NCBI GenBank assembly: GCA_964291405.2
Contig: OZ219926.1
Coordinates: 576,001-640,000 of the forward strand
Origin: Thermodesulfobacteriota bacterium
GTDB lineage: Bacteria > Desulfobacterota > Binatia > Bin18
Reading direction: 5' to 3'
Length of the DNA: 64,000 nucleotides
Made by a program: the position numbers and the translations under genes. The notes below the pieces were generated by a model. The model ran no database searches. It saw only the letters and a list, made by a program, of their open reading frames with translations, and was not told the origin of the DNA. Below are positions 1-9,877 of this stretch, one piece after another. Each line of letters starts with the position of its first letter. Positions within the stretch are counted from its first letter, which is position 1.

Positions 1-1
1 A

Positions 2-145
2 GATCTTGTTCTGTACGGCTCAGCGGCGTGCAGTCCGTGTTATACGAGAGACTGCAAAATTCAGCGTGCCTGTATGCAGCGCATTACCCCAGAGCAGGTC
101 CTTGAGAAGGCGCGTCACGTCCTCAATCGTGTCCAGACTACATAA
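2..145 (+). CDS. C-terminal fragment of a GT9-family (LPS heptosyltransferase-like) glycosyltransferase, truncated by the window edge
   Basis: Hand translation of frame 2 gives DLVLYGSAACSPCYTRDCKIQRACMQRITPEQVLEKARHVLNRVQTT*. The C-x-P-C...C...CM-x-x-I-x-P-x-x-V tail is typical of GT9 enzymes, and LPS genes follow. Confidence 0.75.
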   Translation, partial: DLVLYGSAACSPCYTRDCKIQRACMQRITPEQVLEKARHVLNRVQTT

Positions 146-183
146 GCATGACCCAGGAATCAGGGTCCAACCGGCATATCTGT

Positions 184-1428
184 ATGAGTCGTCCGAATAT
201 CCTTTTTCTCTTAATTGACTGTTTACGTGCCGATGCTGTTGTCGGCGAGGACCGGAGCGCACGGACGCCGACCCTAGACCACCTCGTTCGTTCCGGTGTG
301 GCTTGTACGCAGGCCATTGCCTCAGCTTCGTCAACAACGCCCTGTGTGGCCAGCCTGCTGACCGGCAGCTACTCCTTTGTGCACGGCATTCGTTCGATTT
401 TCGGGCTGAAACTGAACCCAGCAGTTCCATCCTTGGTCGACGCCTTCCGGGCGTATGGCTACCATACCTGGGCGGAAGTGAGTGGCCCCCTCTTTCCTGA
501 GACCGATCTGGACCGCGGGTTTGACGTCTATCACTGTCGAGAGGGAGCAGCCTACCTGTCCACAAATTGGGGCACAGATTTTCGGCAGCGCCTGCAAAGC
601 CTATCGGTGCAGCAGCCGTGGTTCGGCTTTTTACACTTATGGGAACTGCATCATCGGCGGCATATCCTACCGGCCTTCCGAGGCCAGACCTACGGCCGGA
701 ATCGCTACGAGCGCGCATTATCATGTCTAGACGTCGAGTTGGGCAGGCTCCTCACCGTGCTGCCTGAGAATACGCTGGTCGTGGTTCACGGCGACCATGG
801 CGAACATGTCGTCCAGACAGACCTCCGATACCGCTGGTATCGCCTGGTGCGCGATCTGTCCGGACGGAAAACGATCAAGCGAGAGGGGCATGAGATGGAC
901 GTCTCCGAGGATCTCGTCCGTGTGCCGCTGGTCTTTTCTATGGTAGGAGCTGGGACAGATTCTCTCAGCCTGCCAGTGGGCAAACTCGCCCCTCAGCTCG
1001 TCCGCCAGATCGACGCCCTGCCAACCCTGCTGGACCTCGTTGGGGCTCCGGTTCCGCATGGGATTCATGGGACGAGTATCAAGCCGACACTGCTAGACGA
1101 TATCCCGCTCGGCCTGGAGGCTTATATAGAAGCGTTTTTGCGCGTCCGTTCAGATCCGCGCGATCAGCGGATCGGTTGGCGTACATCCGAGTGGAAATAC
1201 ATCTATGCCCCCAATAATACGCGGATTCCTGCAGAGCTATATAACCTTCCGAACGATCCTTCGGAACGGTACAACTTGGTCCATCAACGCCAAGATATGG
1301 CTGAGCTGCTTCAGCGCCGGATTGAGGACATCCGACACGGATCGCATGTCGCAACGCCAGAGTTTGTCATGTCAGAGACGGAAAAGGCCGACCTTGAAAA
1401 GCGTCTGACCGATCTCGGCTATATGTAG
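184..1428 (+). CDS. Sulfatase-like (alkaline phosphatase superfamily) hydrolase/transferase
   Basis: PNILFLLIDCLRAD, ASLLTG, GDHGE, VRVPL, ELYNLxxDPxE and terminal LGY motifs. Start at ATG 184 preferred; the ORF is open from 148. Confidence 0.85.
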   Translation: MSRPNILFLLIDCLRADAVVGEDRSARTPTLDHLVRSGVACTQAIASASSTTPCVASLLTGSYSFVHGIRSIFGLKLNPAVPSLVDAFRAYGYHTWAEVSGPLFPETDLDRGFDVYHCREGAAYLSTNWGTDFRQRLQSLSVQQPWFGFLHLWELHHRRHILPAFRGQTYGRNRYERALSCLDVELGRLLTVLPENTLVVVHGDHGEHVVQTDLRYRWYRLVRDLSGRKTIKREGHEMDVSEDLVRVPLVFSMVGAGTDSLSLPVGKLAPQLVRQIDALPTLLDLVGAPVPHGIHGTSIKPTLLDDIPLGLEAYIEAFLRVRSDPRDQRIGWRTSEWKYIYAPNNTRIPAELYNLPNDPSERYNLVHQRQDMAELLQRRIEDIRHGSHVATPEFVMSETEKADLEKRLTDLGYM

Positions 1429-1442
1429 GGAAACCAGTCGTC

Positions 1443-3134
1443 GTGAGCGTTACGAGTTCCGTTAGCACGACAGAGCCCGCTATTGTCCATTCACATCTGG
1501 ATGCTGCGCGAGTCACAGACCTCGTTTCCTCACAGCCAACACACTGGCGGTGCACCCGTATTTTCAAACAGGATGCAGGCACGACGGTAACACTGATGTC
1601 CGATTCGACCCAGTCCGTCGTTGTCAAGCGCCACAAATTGACCCATTGGCGTCGCCGGGCGGATGCATTGATCCACGGCTCCCCGGCTCGCCGGGCGTGG
1701 CGTGGAGCGCAATTGTTACAAACGCATGGCTTTCCCGTTCCTCAACCATTGGCCGTTGTGGAGAAGCGGAGAGCCTGCCTGGTACAGGAAAGTGTCTATA
1801 TCAGCCAAGCGCTGCCGTATCCTTCACTTTCGGACTATTGGCGGGAGTCTACGCCGCGCTGGTCTGTGGCACAGCGTCGCCTTTTTCTTCGCGAACTGGC
1901 CCTCTTCGTGCAATCTTTTCACGCGGCCGGTCTGTATAGCGGAGACCTGAGAGACGCGAACCTGCTCGTGGAAGAATGCGAAGTGCAGCATGGACCGAGG
2001 TGGCGATTTTATCTCGTTGATCTCGATCGCCTCAAACACTGTCCGAGCCTGACGCTGCGGCGGCGCGTTAAAAATCTGGTGCAACTCGACCGGACTCTAG
2101 GCCGTCGAGCCCGGCAGACTGAGCGCTTGTTCTTTTTGTATGCCTATCTCGGTCCTCCTCTGCCGTCATCCAAGCAGCGCCGCGCCTTGCTCAAAACGTT
2201 GCTGTCCGTGCGTCGCCGGAAAGATCGCGAATACGCCAAACGAAAACGGCGTCGTGCGCCATCTGTATCCAGCGTGCAGACACCTGGTGCGGTCCACGTT
2301 CTCGGCCCATCTCCTAGCGTCGTTCCTCGGCGTCCTATCTCGTGCTGTATTGTCTGCTTTAATGAGGAGCAAGCTATTCGGCGCTGTCTTGAAAGCGTCA
2401 AGTGGTGCGATGAGATCGTCGTGGTTGACTCCTTTTCCACCGATAAGACTATAGAGATCTGTCAAGATTATTCAGCGCGTATCATTCAGCGTGCGTGGCC
2501 GGGTTATGTTGAGCAAAAACGTTTTACGCTCTCTCAGGCAAGCCATGAGTGGATCCTCAACATTGATGCAGATGAAGAAGTCAGCCCCCTCCTCCAGAAC
2601 GAGATTCGGACGGTGTTGCAACAGGATGACCCCGCAGTCGACGGATTCTATATCCCGCGCCTCGTCCACTATTTAGGGCGCTGGTGGTGGCACGGCTGGT
2701 ATCCGAGCTATCGGCTCCGGCTCTTTCGGAAACACAAGGTCAGGTGGGGAGGTGTCGATCCCCATGAAAAAGTGCTCCTGCATGGCCGCGCCGAGCGCCT
2801 GAGCGGCAACCTCCATCACTATACCTATACCGATATCAGAGACCATCTTCGCACCGTGAACAGCCTGACAGATATCTCGTCTCGTGAGTTGATACTGCGG
2901 AAGCGCCAGAGGTATCTGAGCGACATATTGTTGCGCCCGTTGTGGCGCTTCCTGAGTTTTTATTTTTTCCGAGGCTGTATCAGAGATGGGCTTCCCGGCC
3001 TTTTTGTTGCTACGACCTCGGCATTCTACGTTTTCCTGAAATACGCCAAGCTGTGGGAGCAGGCATCAGATTCTGCGCAGAGCTCGTCCCGAAACACTTC
3101 TCATGACACGCCGGCTACGGATCCTACACGTTGA
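1443..3134 (+). CDS. Fusion of a Kdo/WaaP-type lipopolysaccharide kinase domain and a GT2 glycosyltransferase (WaaE/KdtX-like)
   Basis: N-terminal half has VVVK, GDLRDAN and LVDLD kinase motifs. C-terminal half has ISCCIVCFNEE, VVDSFSTD, NIDADE and LRLFR...HE GT2 motifs. No stop codon lies between them. Confidence 0.85.
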   Translation: MSVTSSVSTTEPAIVHSHLDAARVTDLVSSQPTHWRCTRIFKQDAGTTVTLMSDSTQSVVVKRHKLTHWRRRADALIHGSPARRAWRGAQLLQTHGFPVPQPLAVVEKRRACLVQESVYISQALPYPSLSDYWRESTPRWSVAQRRLFLRELALFVQSFHAAGLYSGDLRDANLLVEECEVQHGPRWRFYLVDLDRLKHCPSLTLRRRVKNLVQLDRTLGRRARQTERLFFLYAYLGPPLPSSKQRRALLKTLLSVRRRKDREYAKRKRRRAPSVSSVQTPGAVHVLGPSPSVVPRRPISCCIVCFNEEQAIRRCLESVKWCDEIVVVDSFSTDKTIEICQDYSARIIQRAWPGYVEQKRFTLSQASHEWILNIDADEEVSPLLQNEIRTVLQQDDPAVDGFYIPRLVHYLGRWWWHGWYPSYRLRLFRKHKVRWGGVDPHEKVLLHGRAERLSGNLHHYTYTDIRDHLRTVNSLTDISSRELILRKRQRYLSDILLRPLWRFLSFYFFRGCIRDGLPGLFVATTSAFYVFLKYAKLWEQASDSAQSSSRNTSHDTPATDPTR

Positions 3135-4245
3135 CCCAGAACGGCATTGGGGAGGCGGAGAGGCCCAGGTGTTGGGTCTGACCCGCTACCTTCACCGCGC
3201 TGGCCACATCTCCCATGTTGCAACTCCGCTGTACGGCGTCTTGGCTCAGCGCCTCCAACACGACAACCTCCCTGTTCAGCCTCTCTCGGTCCGTAATCAC
3301 CTTGATGGTCTGGCAGGCTGGCGGCTGCGTCGTCTGGTCTGTCGGGAGCGCTACGACCTCGTGCATTTCCATACGGCCAGAGCACACGCACTCAGTCCGT
3401 GGCTCCATGCCCTGCCAGTCCGCCGCCTTGTCACGCGTCGGATGGATTACCCAATCAAGGCGGGCTGGTTGAGTCGGCTTCTGTATGGCAGGCAGGTTGA
3501 CATAATCGTCGCGATCTCCTCAGGCGTAGCGGCCACACTTGAAACTGCACATATTTCCGATAAGGCTATCCGCATCATCCCGAGCGGTATTGACACCAAG
3601 CAGTTTCTGCCCACGGCCTCCCAACGCATGGCTATTCGACACCAATACGGACTCGGCGCAGATACCACAGTTATTCTCATGGCCGGTGCGCTGACGAAGC
3701 GCAAATCACCGCACACGCTGATCGAAGCAGCGGCCCAACTCCACTCCCACTGTCAACAGGGTCAGCACGCTGAGCAGACTGGCCAAGCGTTATCCCTCCA
3801 TTACCTCATCTGCGGAGATGGTCTCCTCCGGCAGGAACTAGAAGCCCGTGTACGGGCGCTTGGCTTGGCTTCCGTGTTTCACTTTGCCGGATTTTGTCGA
3901 GACGTGTCTGCCTACTTAGCCGCCGCAGACATTTTTGTTCACACTCCTGTCTGGGAAGGTCTGGGTGTCGCTGTTATTGAAGCGCTGGCAGCGGGTCTCC
4001 CAGTGGTGGCAAGCCGGGTTGGCGGTATTCCCGAGCTTATCACCGATAGAGAAACAGGTCTCCTCATACCAGCTCAAGACCCCTCAGCCTTGTGCAATGC
4101 GCTCCTCCAATGCCTGCGCTCCCCTGACTGGGCAAAGACTTTGGGCGCTCATGGACAAATCAAGGTCCGTACGCATTTTGATATCGAGACAACAGCGCGT
4201 GCTAATGAAGCCCTCTATTATGAACTCTTGGCGGCAGCGTCGTGA
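3103..4245 (+). CDS. GT4 family glycosyltransferase
   Basis: WGGGE N-terminal motif and EGLGVAVIEALAAGLPVVASRVGGIPE (EX7E) motif. Confidence 0.9.
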   Translation: MTRRLRILHVDPERHWGGGEAQVLGLTRYLHRAGHISHVATPLYGVLAQRLQHDNLPVQPLSVRNHLDGLAGWRLRRLVCRERYDLVHFHTARAHALSPWLHALPVRRLVTRRMDYPIKAGWLSRLLYGRQVDIIVAISSGVAATLETAHISDKAIRIIPSGIDTKQFLPTASQRMAIRHQYGLGADTTVILMAGALTKRKSPHTLIEAAAQLHSHCQQGQHAEQTGQALSLHYLICGDGLLRQELEARVRALGLASVFHFAGFCRDVSAYLAAADIFVHTPVWEGLGVAVIEALAAGLPVVASRVGGIPELITDRETGLLIPAQDPSALCNALLQCLRSPDWAKTLGAHGQIKVRTHFDIETTARANEALYYELLAAAS

Positions 4246-4263
4246 GCGTCAGAAAGGATCGCT

Positions 4264-5277
4264 ATGAAGCCTCCGTCTTCTCGCCGCCGTCAATCGTTCG
4301 GCAACCTCGCCTCCCTCCTCCCGCGATTCTCGCGCGTTCGGGTACTGGTCATTGGCGACCTCATGCTCGATCGTTATATTTGGGGCCAAGTCAACCGTAT
4401 CTCCCCTGAAGCACCAGTTCCTGTCGTGCGTGTCTCGCGTGAAAGCCTGCACGCCGGAGGGGCCGGAAATGTGGTGACCAATATCTGCGCCTTGGGTGGC
4501 AGTGTGACGGTTTGTGGCCTCGTAGGAAAGGATCAGGCCGGACGGCTCCTGCGACGAGAATTACTGAGACAGGGCGCAGACGTCGGGGGTATGGTAACCA
4601 GCAGTCCATATGAGACGATCAGCAAGACCCGTATCATTGCCCACAGCCAGCAAGTCGTCCGCCTTGATCGTGACCCGACCGACAGCCCGAGTGCGCGCGT
4701 ACGAGTGCGACTGCGGACCTTTATCCAGCGCCATATACACGACTTTGATGTCTGTGTGGTGTCAGACTACGGCAAAGGGCTGATTGAGGCCGACCTGCTC
4801 GACCTGTTGGCCAGGCTGCGAACGCAACTCGGCTTTGTCTACGTGATCGATCCGAAACGCCGGAATTTTGTTCATTATCGCGGCGCGAGTCTTATGAAGC
4901 CGAACAAAGAAGAAGCAGGACAAGCTACTCAGATCGACCTTGTGGACGATACAGCCTTGCAACGGGCTGGCACTCAACTTCTTGATCTATGGAACACGGA
5001 GGCCGTACTTGTTTCTCGCGGTGAAGAAGGCATGAGCTTATTTCAACCGGATCGTCGCGCGGCCCATTTCTCAACCACCACTCGCGAGGTCTTTGACGTC
5101 ACAGGGGCAGGTGACACTGTCGTTGCCGTGTGCGCGCTCGCCCTCGGAACCGGTGCTGGACTCGAGACTGCCACCATTCTCGCCAATCACGCGGCTGGAA
5201 TCGTTGTCGGCAAAGTCGGCACGGCAACCGTCAATAGGGAAGAATTGAAAGCGGCCCTAAGGACACCCTTGTCATGA
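4264..5277 (+). CDS. rfaE1: D-glycero-beta-D-manno-heptose-7-phosphate kinase (HldE kinase domain)
   Basis: GDLMLDRY, RISPEAPVPVV, SDYGKG and DVTGAGD motifs. Confidence 0.93.
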   Translation: MKPPSSRRRQSFGNLASLLPRFSRVRVLVIGDLMLDRYIWGQVNRISPEAPVPVVRVSRESLHAGGAGNVVTNICALGGSVTVCGLVGKDQAGRLLRRELLRQGADVGGMVTSSPYETISKTRIIAHSQQVVRLDRDPTDSPSARVRVRLRTFIQRHIHDFDVCVVSDYGKGLIEADLLDLLARLRTQLGFVYVIDPKRRNFVHYRGASLMKPNKEEAGQATQIDLVDDTALQRAGTQLLDLWNTEAVLVSRGEEGMSLFQPDRRAAHFSTTTREVFDVTGAGDTVVAVCALALGTGAGLETATILANHAAGIVVGKVGTATVNREELKAALRTPLS

Positions 5278-6149
5278 AAAGTATGACCGGATTTGGGAAC
5301 GGGAGCCGCGCCTTTTCGGGTGGGCGTGCGACAGTCGAGATCCGTGCGGTTAATCACCGTTTTCTTGAAGTCAAACTCCACCTACCCCGTGGCTTTCTCG
5401 CACTTGAAGACGAATTGCGAGCAATGATTGCCACGCAGGTAAAGCGTGGGCGGATTGAAGTTTTCCTTACGCTCTCAGGGCAGACAACACGCTCATACGC
5501 AGTTGTTCCCAATATTGATCTTGCGCGAGCGTATATAAAGGCTGCCAAGCAACTCAAGGGTATGCTCGACCTCGGAGGAGACCTGACTCTCCATTTTTTT
5601 CTATCCCGGCCAGAAGTGTTCCAGGTCGCCGAAGCACACCAGCCCTCCAGCACCGAGATTGGGGCGTCAAAGAAAGCGCTACAGCGTGCACTCACCGTGC
5701 TGGAGCGACACCGTCGACGCGAAGGGAAATTTCTGCAACGTGATCTCCGCGGGCGGATTCTGACCCTCGAAAAAATACGTCGGAGTGTCGGGCGGCGCAG
5801 CACACATACTCAACAGGCCACGCGACAGAAATTGGCAGACAAGGTCACCACGCTTTTGCCCCATCTCGACTCTGATCGCCGGCGCGTTCTGCAGGATGTG
5901 GCAAGTCTGGCCCAAAAGAGCGATATCACTGAGGAATGCGTCCGACTTCAAAGTCACCTCAGTGCGTTCTCCGATCTCCTCCGACTAGCTGAGCCGGTTG
6001 GAAAACGGATGGACTTTCTCCTGCAAGAGATGCAACGGGAGATCAACACGATTGGCGCAAAGGCAGATGATGCGTCTATCCGCCATCTCGTCGTCCAGGC
6101 CAAGGAGGAGGTGGAAAAAATTCGTGAACAAGTGCAAAATATAGAATAA
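5274..6149 (+). CDS. yicC: YicC/YloC family endoribonuclease
   Basis: MKSMTGFG start, GKRMDFLLQEMQREINTIGAK, IREQVQNIE end. Confidence 0.93.
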   Translation: MKSMTGFGNGSRAFSGGRATVEIRAVNHRFLEVKLHLPRGFLALEDELRAMIATQVKRGRIEVFLTLSGQTTRSYAVVPNIDLARAYIKAAKQLKGMLDLGGDLTLHFFLSRPEVFQVAEAHQPSSTEIGASKKALQRALTVLERHRRREGKFLQRDLRGRILTLEKIRRSVGRRSTHTQQATRQKLADKVTTLLPHLDSDRRRVLQDVASLAQKSDITEECVRLQSHLSAFSDLLRLAEPVGKRMDFLLQEMQREINTIGAKADDASIRHLVVQAKEEVEKIREQVQNIE

Positions 6150-6152
6150 CGT

Positions 6153-6827
6153 ATGCTGGATGATGCAGATCAATGCTTGAGTTTCTCTCGGCGTGGAATT
6201 CTTCTGATCTTGTCAGCTCCCTCTGGGGCTGGGAAAACCACCCTGGCGCGTGAACTGATTGCGAGAACATCGAATCTCGGTTGGTCAATTTCGCATACCA
6301 CTCGACCTCGCCGGTCTGGGGAAGTAGACGGTAAAGACTATCACTTTGTGAGCGAAGAGACTTTTCTTTCGCTTCGAGATCAAGGGTCCTTTGCCGAATG
6401 GGCTCGGGTCCACAGAGCCTACTACGGGACAACGCGCGCAACTATTGAGAATACGCTCAACACGGGTCAAGACCTCCTATTGGACATTGATGTCCGGGGG
6501 GCTGAGCAACTCAAGTTGTGTTATCCAGAGGCCGTGCTCGTTTTTATCCTGCCGCCTTCGTGGCAAAAACTGGAAGATCGCTTACGCGCGCGGGAGACTG
6601 ACGAGGAAGATGCTATTACGCAACGCATTCGGCATGCGCAGGAAGAGACCCGAGAGTTAGCCCGCTATGACTATTGCGTCATCAATGACCAACTCGAGGC
6701 CAGTGTCGCGGCGCTACACGCCATTCTCTGTGCAGAAAGAGTCCGCGTATCACGCCTGGACCTCTCTCCCCTACGTATCGCTTCCGCTTACTCAACGTGC
6801 GATGCACCACCCATAGGGACCGAATGA
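6153..6827 (+). CDS. gmk: Guanylate kinase
   Basis: SAPSGAGKTT P-loop, SHTTRxxRxGEVDGKDYHFV. Confidence 0.95.
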   Translation: MLDDADQCLSFSRRGILLILSAPSGAGKTTLARELIARTSNLGWSISHTTRPRRSGEVDGKDYHFVSEETFLSLRDQGSFAEWARVHRAYYGTTRATIENTLNTGQDLLLDIDVRGAEQLKLCYPEAVLVFILPPSWQKLEDRLRARETDEEDAITQRIRHAQEETRELARYDYCVINDQLEASVAALHAILCAERVRVSRLDLSPLRIASAYSTCDAPPIGTE

Positions 6828-8977
6828 ACCAGCACCGCGACTTGAATCAAATTATTACGAAAGTCCAGTCCTATCATCCTGAGGCGAAGGTCGGCCTGAT
6901 CACGGATGCGTACGCATTTTCGGAGCAGATGCATCAGGGTCAGAAGCGCCACTCTGGCGAGCCCTATTTTATCCATCCGGTGGGGGTGGCTGAAATCATT
7001 ACCGACATGAAGCTTGATGTGCCGAGTGTCGTTACCAGCCTGCTGCACGATACGGTGGAGGATACCTTAACCACTCTCCATCAGATCGAGCAGCATTTTG
7101 GCAATGAGATCGCCGCCCTGGTCGATGGGGTGACAAAGATCAGCAAAATTCACTTTACCACTCGTGAAGAGCGTCAGGCCGAAAATTTCCGGAAAATGAT
7201 CTTTGCCATGGCCCAGGATATACGCGTAATTCTGGTAAAGCTCGCCGACCGTACGCATAATATGCGAACCCTCTCCTACCTCAGTGAGGATAAACAGCGG
7301 GAGATTTCGTCGGAGACGCTCGAAATTTATGCCCCGCTGGCTCATCGTTTAGGTATCTATTGGATGAAGAGCGAACTCGAGGATAACGCGCTCCGCTATC
7401 TACACCCGAAGGTCTACTCTGAACTGAAGCGAAATATTATCAAGAAGAAGAGCGAGCGGAAGCAATATATTACCGCAGTCATTGACATCCTCAAAAAGAC
7501 GTTGGCCGAGGCCGACATTACAGCCCAAGTCTCCGGCCGCCCGAAACACTTCTATTCGATCTACCAAAAAATGCGGTCTCAGAATCTGGTCTTTAGCCAG
7601 GTTTATGACTTGGTCGGCTTCCGCATTGTCGTGCAATCCATGCGTGAATGTTATCAAGTGTTAGGCATAGTCCATAGTCACTGGCGCCCCGTTCCCGGCC
7701 GCTTTAAGGATTATATTGCCCTGCCCAAAGCGAATATGTATCAGTCGCTTCATACCACCGTCATTGGACCGCATGGCGAACGGATGGAGGTTCAGATTCG
7801 CACACGCGAGATGCACCGGGTCGCAGAGGAAGGCATCGCCGCCCATTGGACCTATAAAGACGGCCAGGGACAAGAGGAAGCACAACGTTTCGCCTGGCTG
7901 CGCCAACTGGTTGAGTTACAACAGCACGTCCAGGACCCTCAAGAATTTCTCCATACCATCAAAGAAGACCTCTTTACCGAAGAAGTGTACGCCTTCACCC
8001 CGCAAGGCGACCTCAATAGTTTTCCGCGTGGCGCGTCGGTGATCGATTTTGCCTACCGTATTCACTCGGAAGTCGGTAATCATTGCACCGGTGCCCGGGT
8101 GAATGGACGTCAGGTTCCATTGCGGTATCAGGTCCAAAACGGCGATGTCGTCGAAATCATCACAACCAAAAACCAGTCGCCCAGTAAAGACTGGTTGAAA
8201 ATTGTCAAAACCCCGAAAGCTAAAGCCCGGATTCGGCACTGGCTCAAAGAAGAACAGCGAGAACGCAGCGTTGCCCTTGGGCAAGAACTCCTTGAGCGCG
8301 AGTTAGTCCGCAATCACAGCTCACTGACAGCGATGCGTAAACAACGCAGAATCGGACCAACGCTAGAGGCACTGGGATTTAGTAATGAAGAAACGCTTTT
8401 TGCGGCCCTGGGTTACGGGCAAGTGACAGCAGGACAGGTGCTCAGCTACCTCCTTCCTCAGTTCACCGAGACGCTCGATCGGACGGCGCATACCATCGAG
8501 CTTGAAAAAATCCGCCAGAAACCTCCATCAGATGATTCAAGTGGGGTGAAGGTCGGTGGGATTGGGAATGTCCTGATTCGGTTCGGACGCTGTTGCAACC
8601 CCCTCCCTGGGGAACGCATTGTAGGCGTTATCACGCGAGGCAAGGGAGTCACCGTTCATACGATTGCCTGTCAGCGCCTGCTGGAAAGTGATCCTCAACG
8701 ACATGTTGCTGTCAGTTGGGACCCCACCGCAGATTATACACGTCTTGTGAAAATCGAAGTCCTGTCCGAAGACCGCCCCGGCCTCCTGACCAATATGAGT
8801 AAAGCGATCAGCACCGCCGGACTCAATATCTCCAATGCTAATGTCCGGACTCTGTCGGACAAACGCGCCCTCAATGTATTTGAAGTCCTCATCCCAAGCG
8901 CCGATGATCTTCAGCGTGTCATGCGCAACCTGGAACGGGTCAGGGGCGTGGTCAGAGTGTCACGCGTGCCCTCCTAA
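6824..8977 (+). CDS. rel: Bifunctional (p)ppGpp synthetase/hydrolase Rel (RelA/SpoT family)
   Basis: Intact hydrolase motifs (RxSGEPY, HDTVED), RFKD synthetase motif, TGS domain, CCxPxPG and ACT domain. ATG 6824 overlaps the gmk stop. Confidence 0.93.
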   Translation: MNQHRDLNQIITKVQSYHPEAKVGLITDAYAFSEQMHQGQKRHSGEPYFIHPVGVAEIITDMKLDVPSVVTSLLHDTVEDTLTTLHQIEQHFGNEIAALVDGVTKISKIHFTTREERQAENFRKMIFAMAQDIRVILVKLADRTHNMRTLSYLSEDKQREISSETLEIYAPLAHRLGIYWMKSELEDNALRYLHPKVYSELKRNIIKKKSERKQYITAVIDILKKTLAEADITAQVSGRPKHFYSIYQKMRSQNLVFSQVYDLVGFRIVVQSMRECYQVLGIVHSHWRPVPGRFKDYIALPKANMYQSLHTTVIGPHGERMEVQIRTREMHRVAEEGIAAHWTYKDGQGQEEAQRFAWLRQLVELQQHVQDPQEFLHTIKEDLFTEEVYAFTPQGDLNSFPRGASVIDFAYRIHSEVGNHCTGARVNGRQVPLRYQVQNGDVVEIITTKNQSPSKDWLKIVKTPKAKARIRHWLKEEQRERSVALGQELLERELVRNHSSLTAMRKQRRIGPTLEALGFSNEETLFAALGYGQVTAGQVLSYLLPQFTETLDRTAHTIELEKIRQKPPSDDSSGVKVGGIGNVLIRFGRCCNPLPGERIVGVITRGKGVTVHTIACQRLLESDPQRHVAVSWDPTADYTRLVKIEVLSEDRPGLLTNMSKAISTAGLNISNANVRTLSDKRALNVFEVLIPSADDLQRVMRNLERVRGVVRVSRVPS

Positions 8978-9075
8978 GGGGTGTTATAGCCGGCCTTTTC
9001 CCCTTGAGAAGAGAGGTCAAAAAAAGGGACGGCAGGCGAATGGGTTGGAGAGACAGAGAGGAAAGGTGTAAGCTC

Positions 9076-9267
9076 TTACGCCGCCTTTACAATTTTTCCA
9101 GAACGGATACAGCGCGTACAAACGCGCAGGCGTTTCACCGAACCGGCGACTCTTGCCCGCACTCGTTGCAGGTTCGGTAACCAGCGGCGTTTCGTCTTGT
9201 TATTTGCGTGACTTACATTATTACCCACTGCGGGGCCTTTTCCACAAATTTCGCATCTCTGGGCCAC
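9076..9267 (-). CDS. rpmB: 50S ribosomal protein L28 (Zn-ribbon type)
   Basis: CEICGK...[19 protein letters not shown]...CTRC. GTG start after an AGGAGG SD. Confidence 0.95.
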   Translation of the reverse strand: MAQRCEICGKGPAVGNNVSHANNKTKRRWLPNLQRVRARVAGSVKRLRVCTRCIRSGKIVKAA

Positions 9268-9337
9268 AGCCATCCTCCTGAAAGCACCTACGTATACCAC
9301 AGGCACGACACGCGCGCAACACGGGGGAACCGAACCG

Positions 9338-9817
9338 TTATTCCTGATAGGCAACAAGAATACATTCAATCAGATCTGTCGTCGAAAAGCCGTCCTGATG
9401 ACGGACCGCAACGACCTGTCCACCGGCGTGTTCAACAACTTCTTTTCCCACAATAGCCTCGGGGCTCCAATCTCCCCCTTTGACGAGGACATGTGGTTGA
9501 AGCCGACGAATCAAGGCAAGCGGCGTGTCTTCTTCAAACGTGGTGACATAGTCAACGGCTTCAATGGCCGCGAGCAGAGTCAGACGACTGGCTTGATCCA
9601 GAATTGGCCGTTTATCTCCTTTCAGCCGCTTGACCGAAGCGTCGGCGTTCATACCAACCACAAGGATATCGCCAAACGTCTTTGCCTGAGCCAGCATATA
9701 AACATGACCGCTATGCATCAGGTCGAAACAGCCGTTGGTAAAGACGATGCGCTTACCCTGACGGCGGAGTCGAGTCAGCTGCTCCGCCAGCTGTTCTTCA
9801 GAAAAAATCTTTTGCAT
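9338..9817 (-). CDS. rfaE2: D-glycero-beta-D-manno-heptose 1-phosphate adenylyltransferase
   Basis: [28 protein letters not shown]. Confidence 0.93.
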   Translation of the reverse strand: MQKIFSEEQLAEQLTRLRRQGKRIVFTNGCFDLMHSGHVYMLAQAKTFGDILVVGMNADASVKRLKGDKRPILDQASRLTLLAAIEAVDYVTTFEEDTPLALIRRLQPHVLVKGGDWSPEAIVGKEVVEHAGGQVVAVRHQDGFSTTDLIECILVAYQE

Positions 9818-9877
9818 AGTGGTCCAATGCAGACGGCTCGATCAGACTATCCCAGAACAAACGATTACATATTTCTC

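Noticed and set aside
6153-6830. No rpoZ between gmk and rel
   Set aside because: This linkage varies widely among bacteria, so its absence is not informative alone.
4264-9817. HldE split into rfaE1 and rfaE2 on opposite strands
   Set aside because: Separate kinase and adenylyltransferase genes are common outside Gammaproteobacteria.
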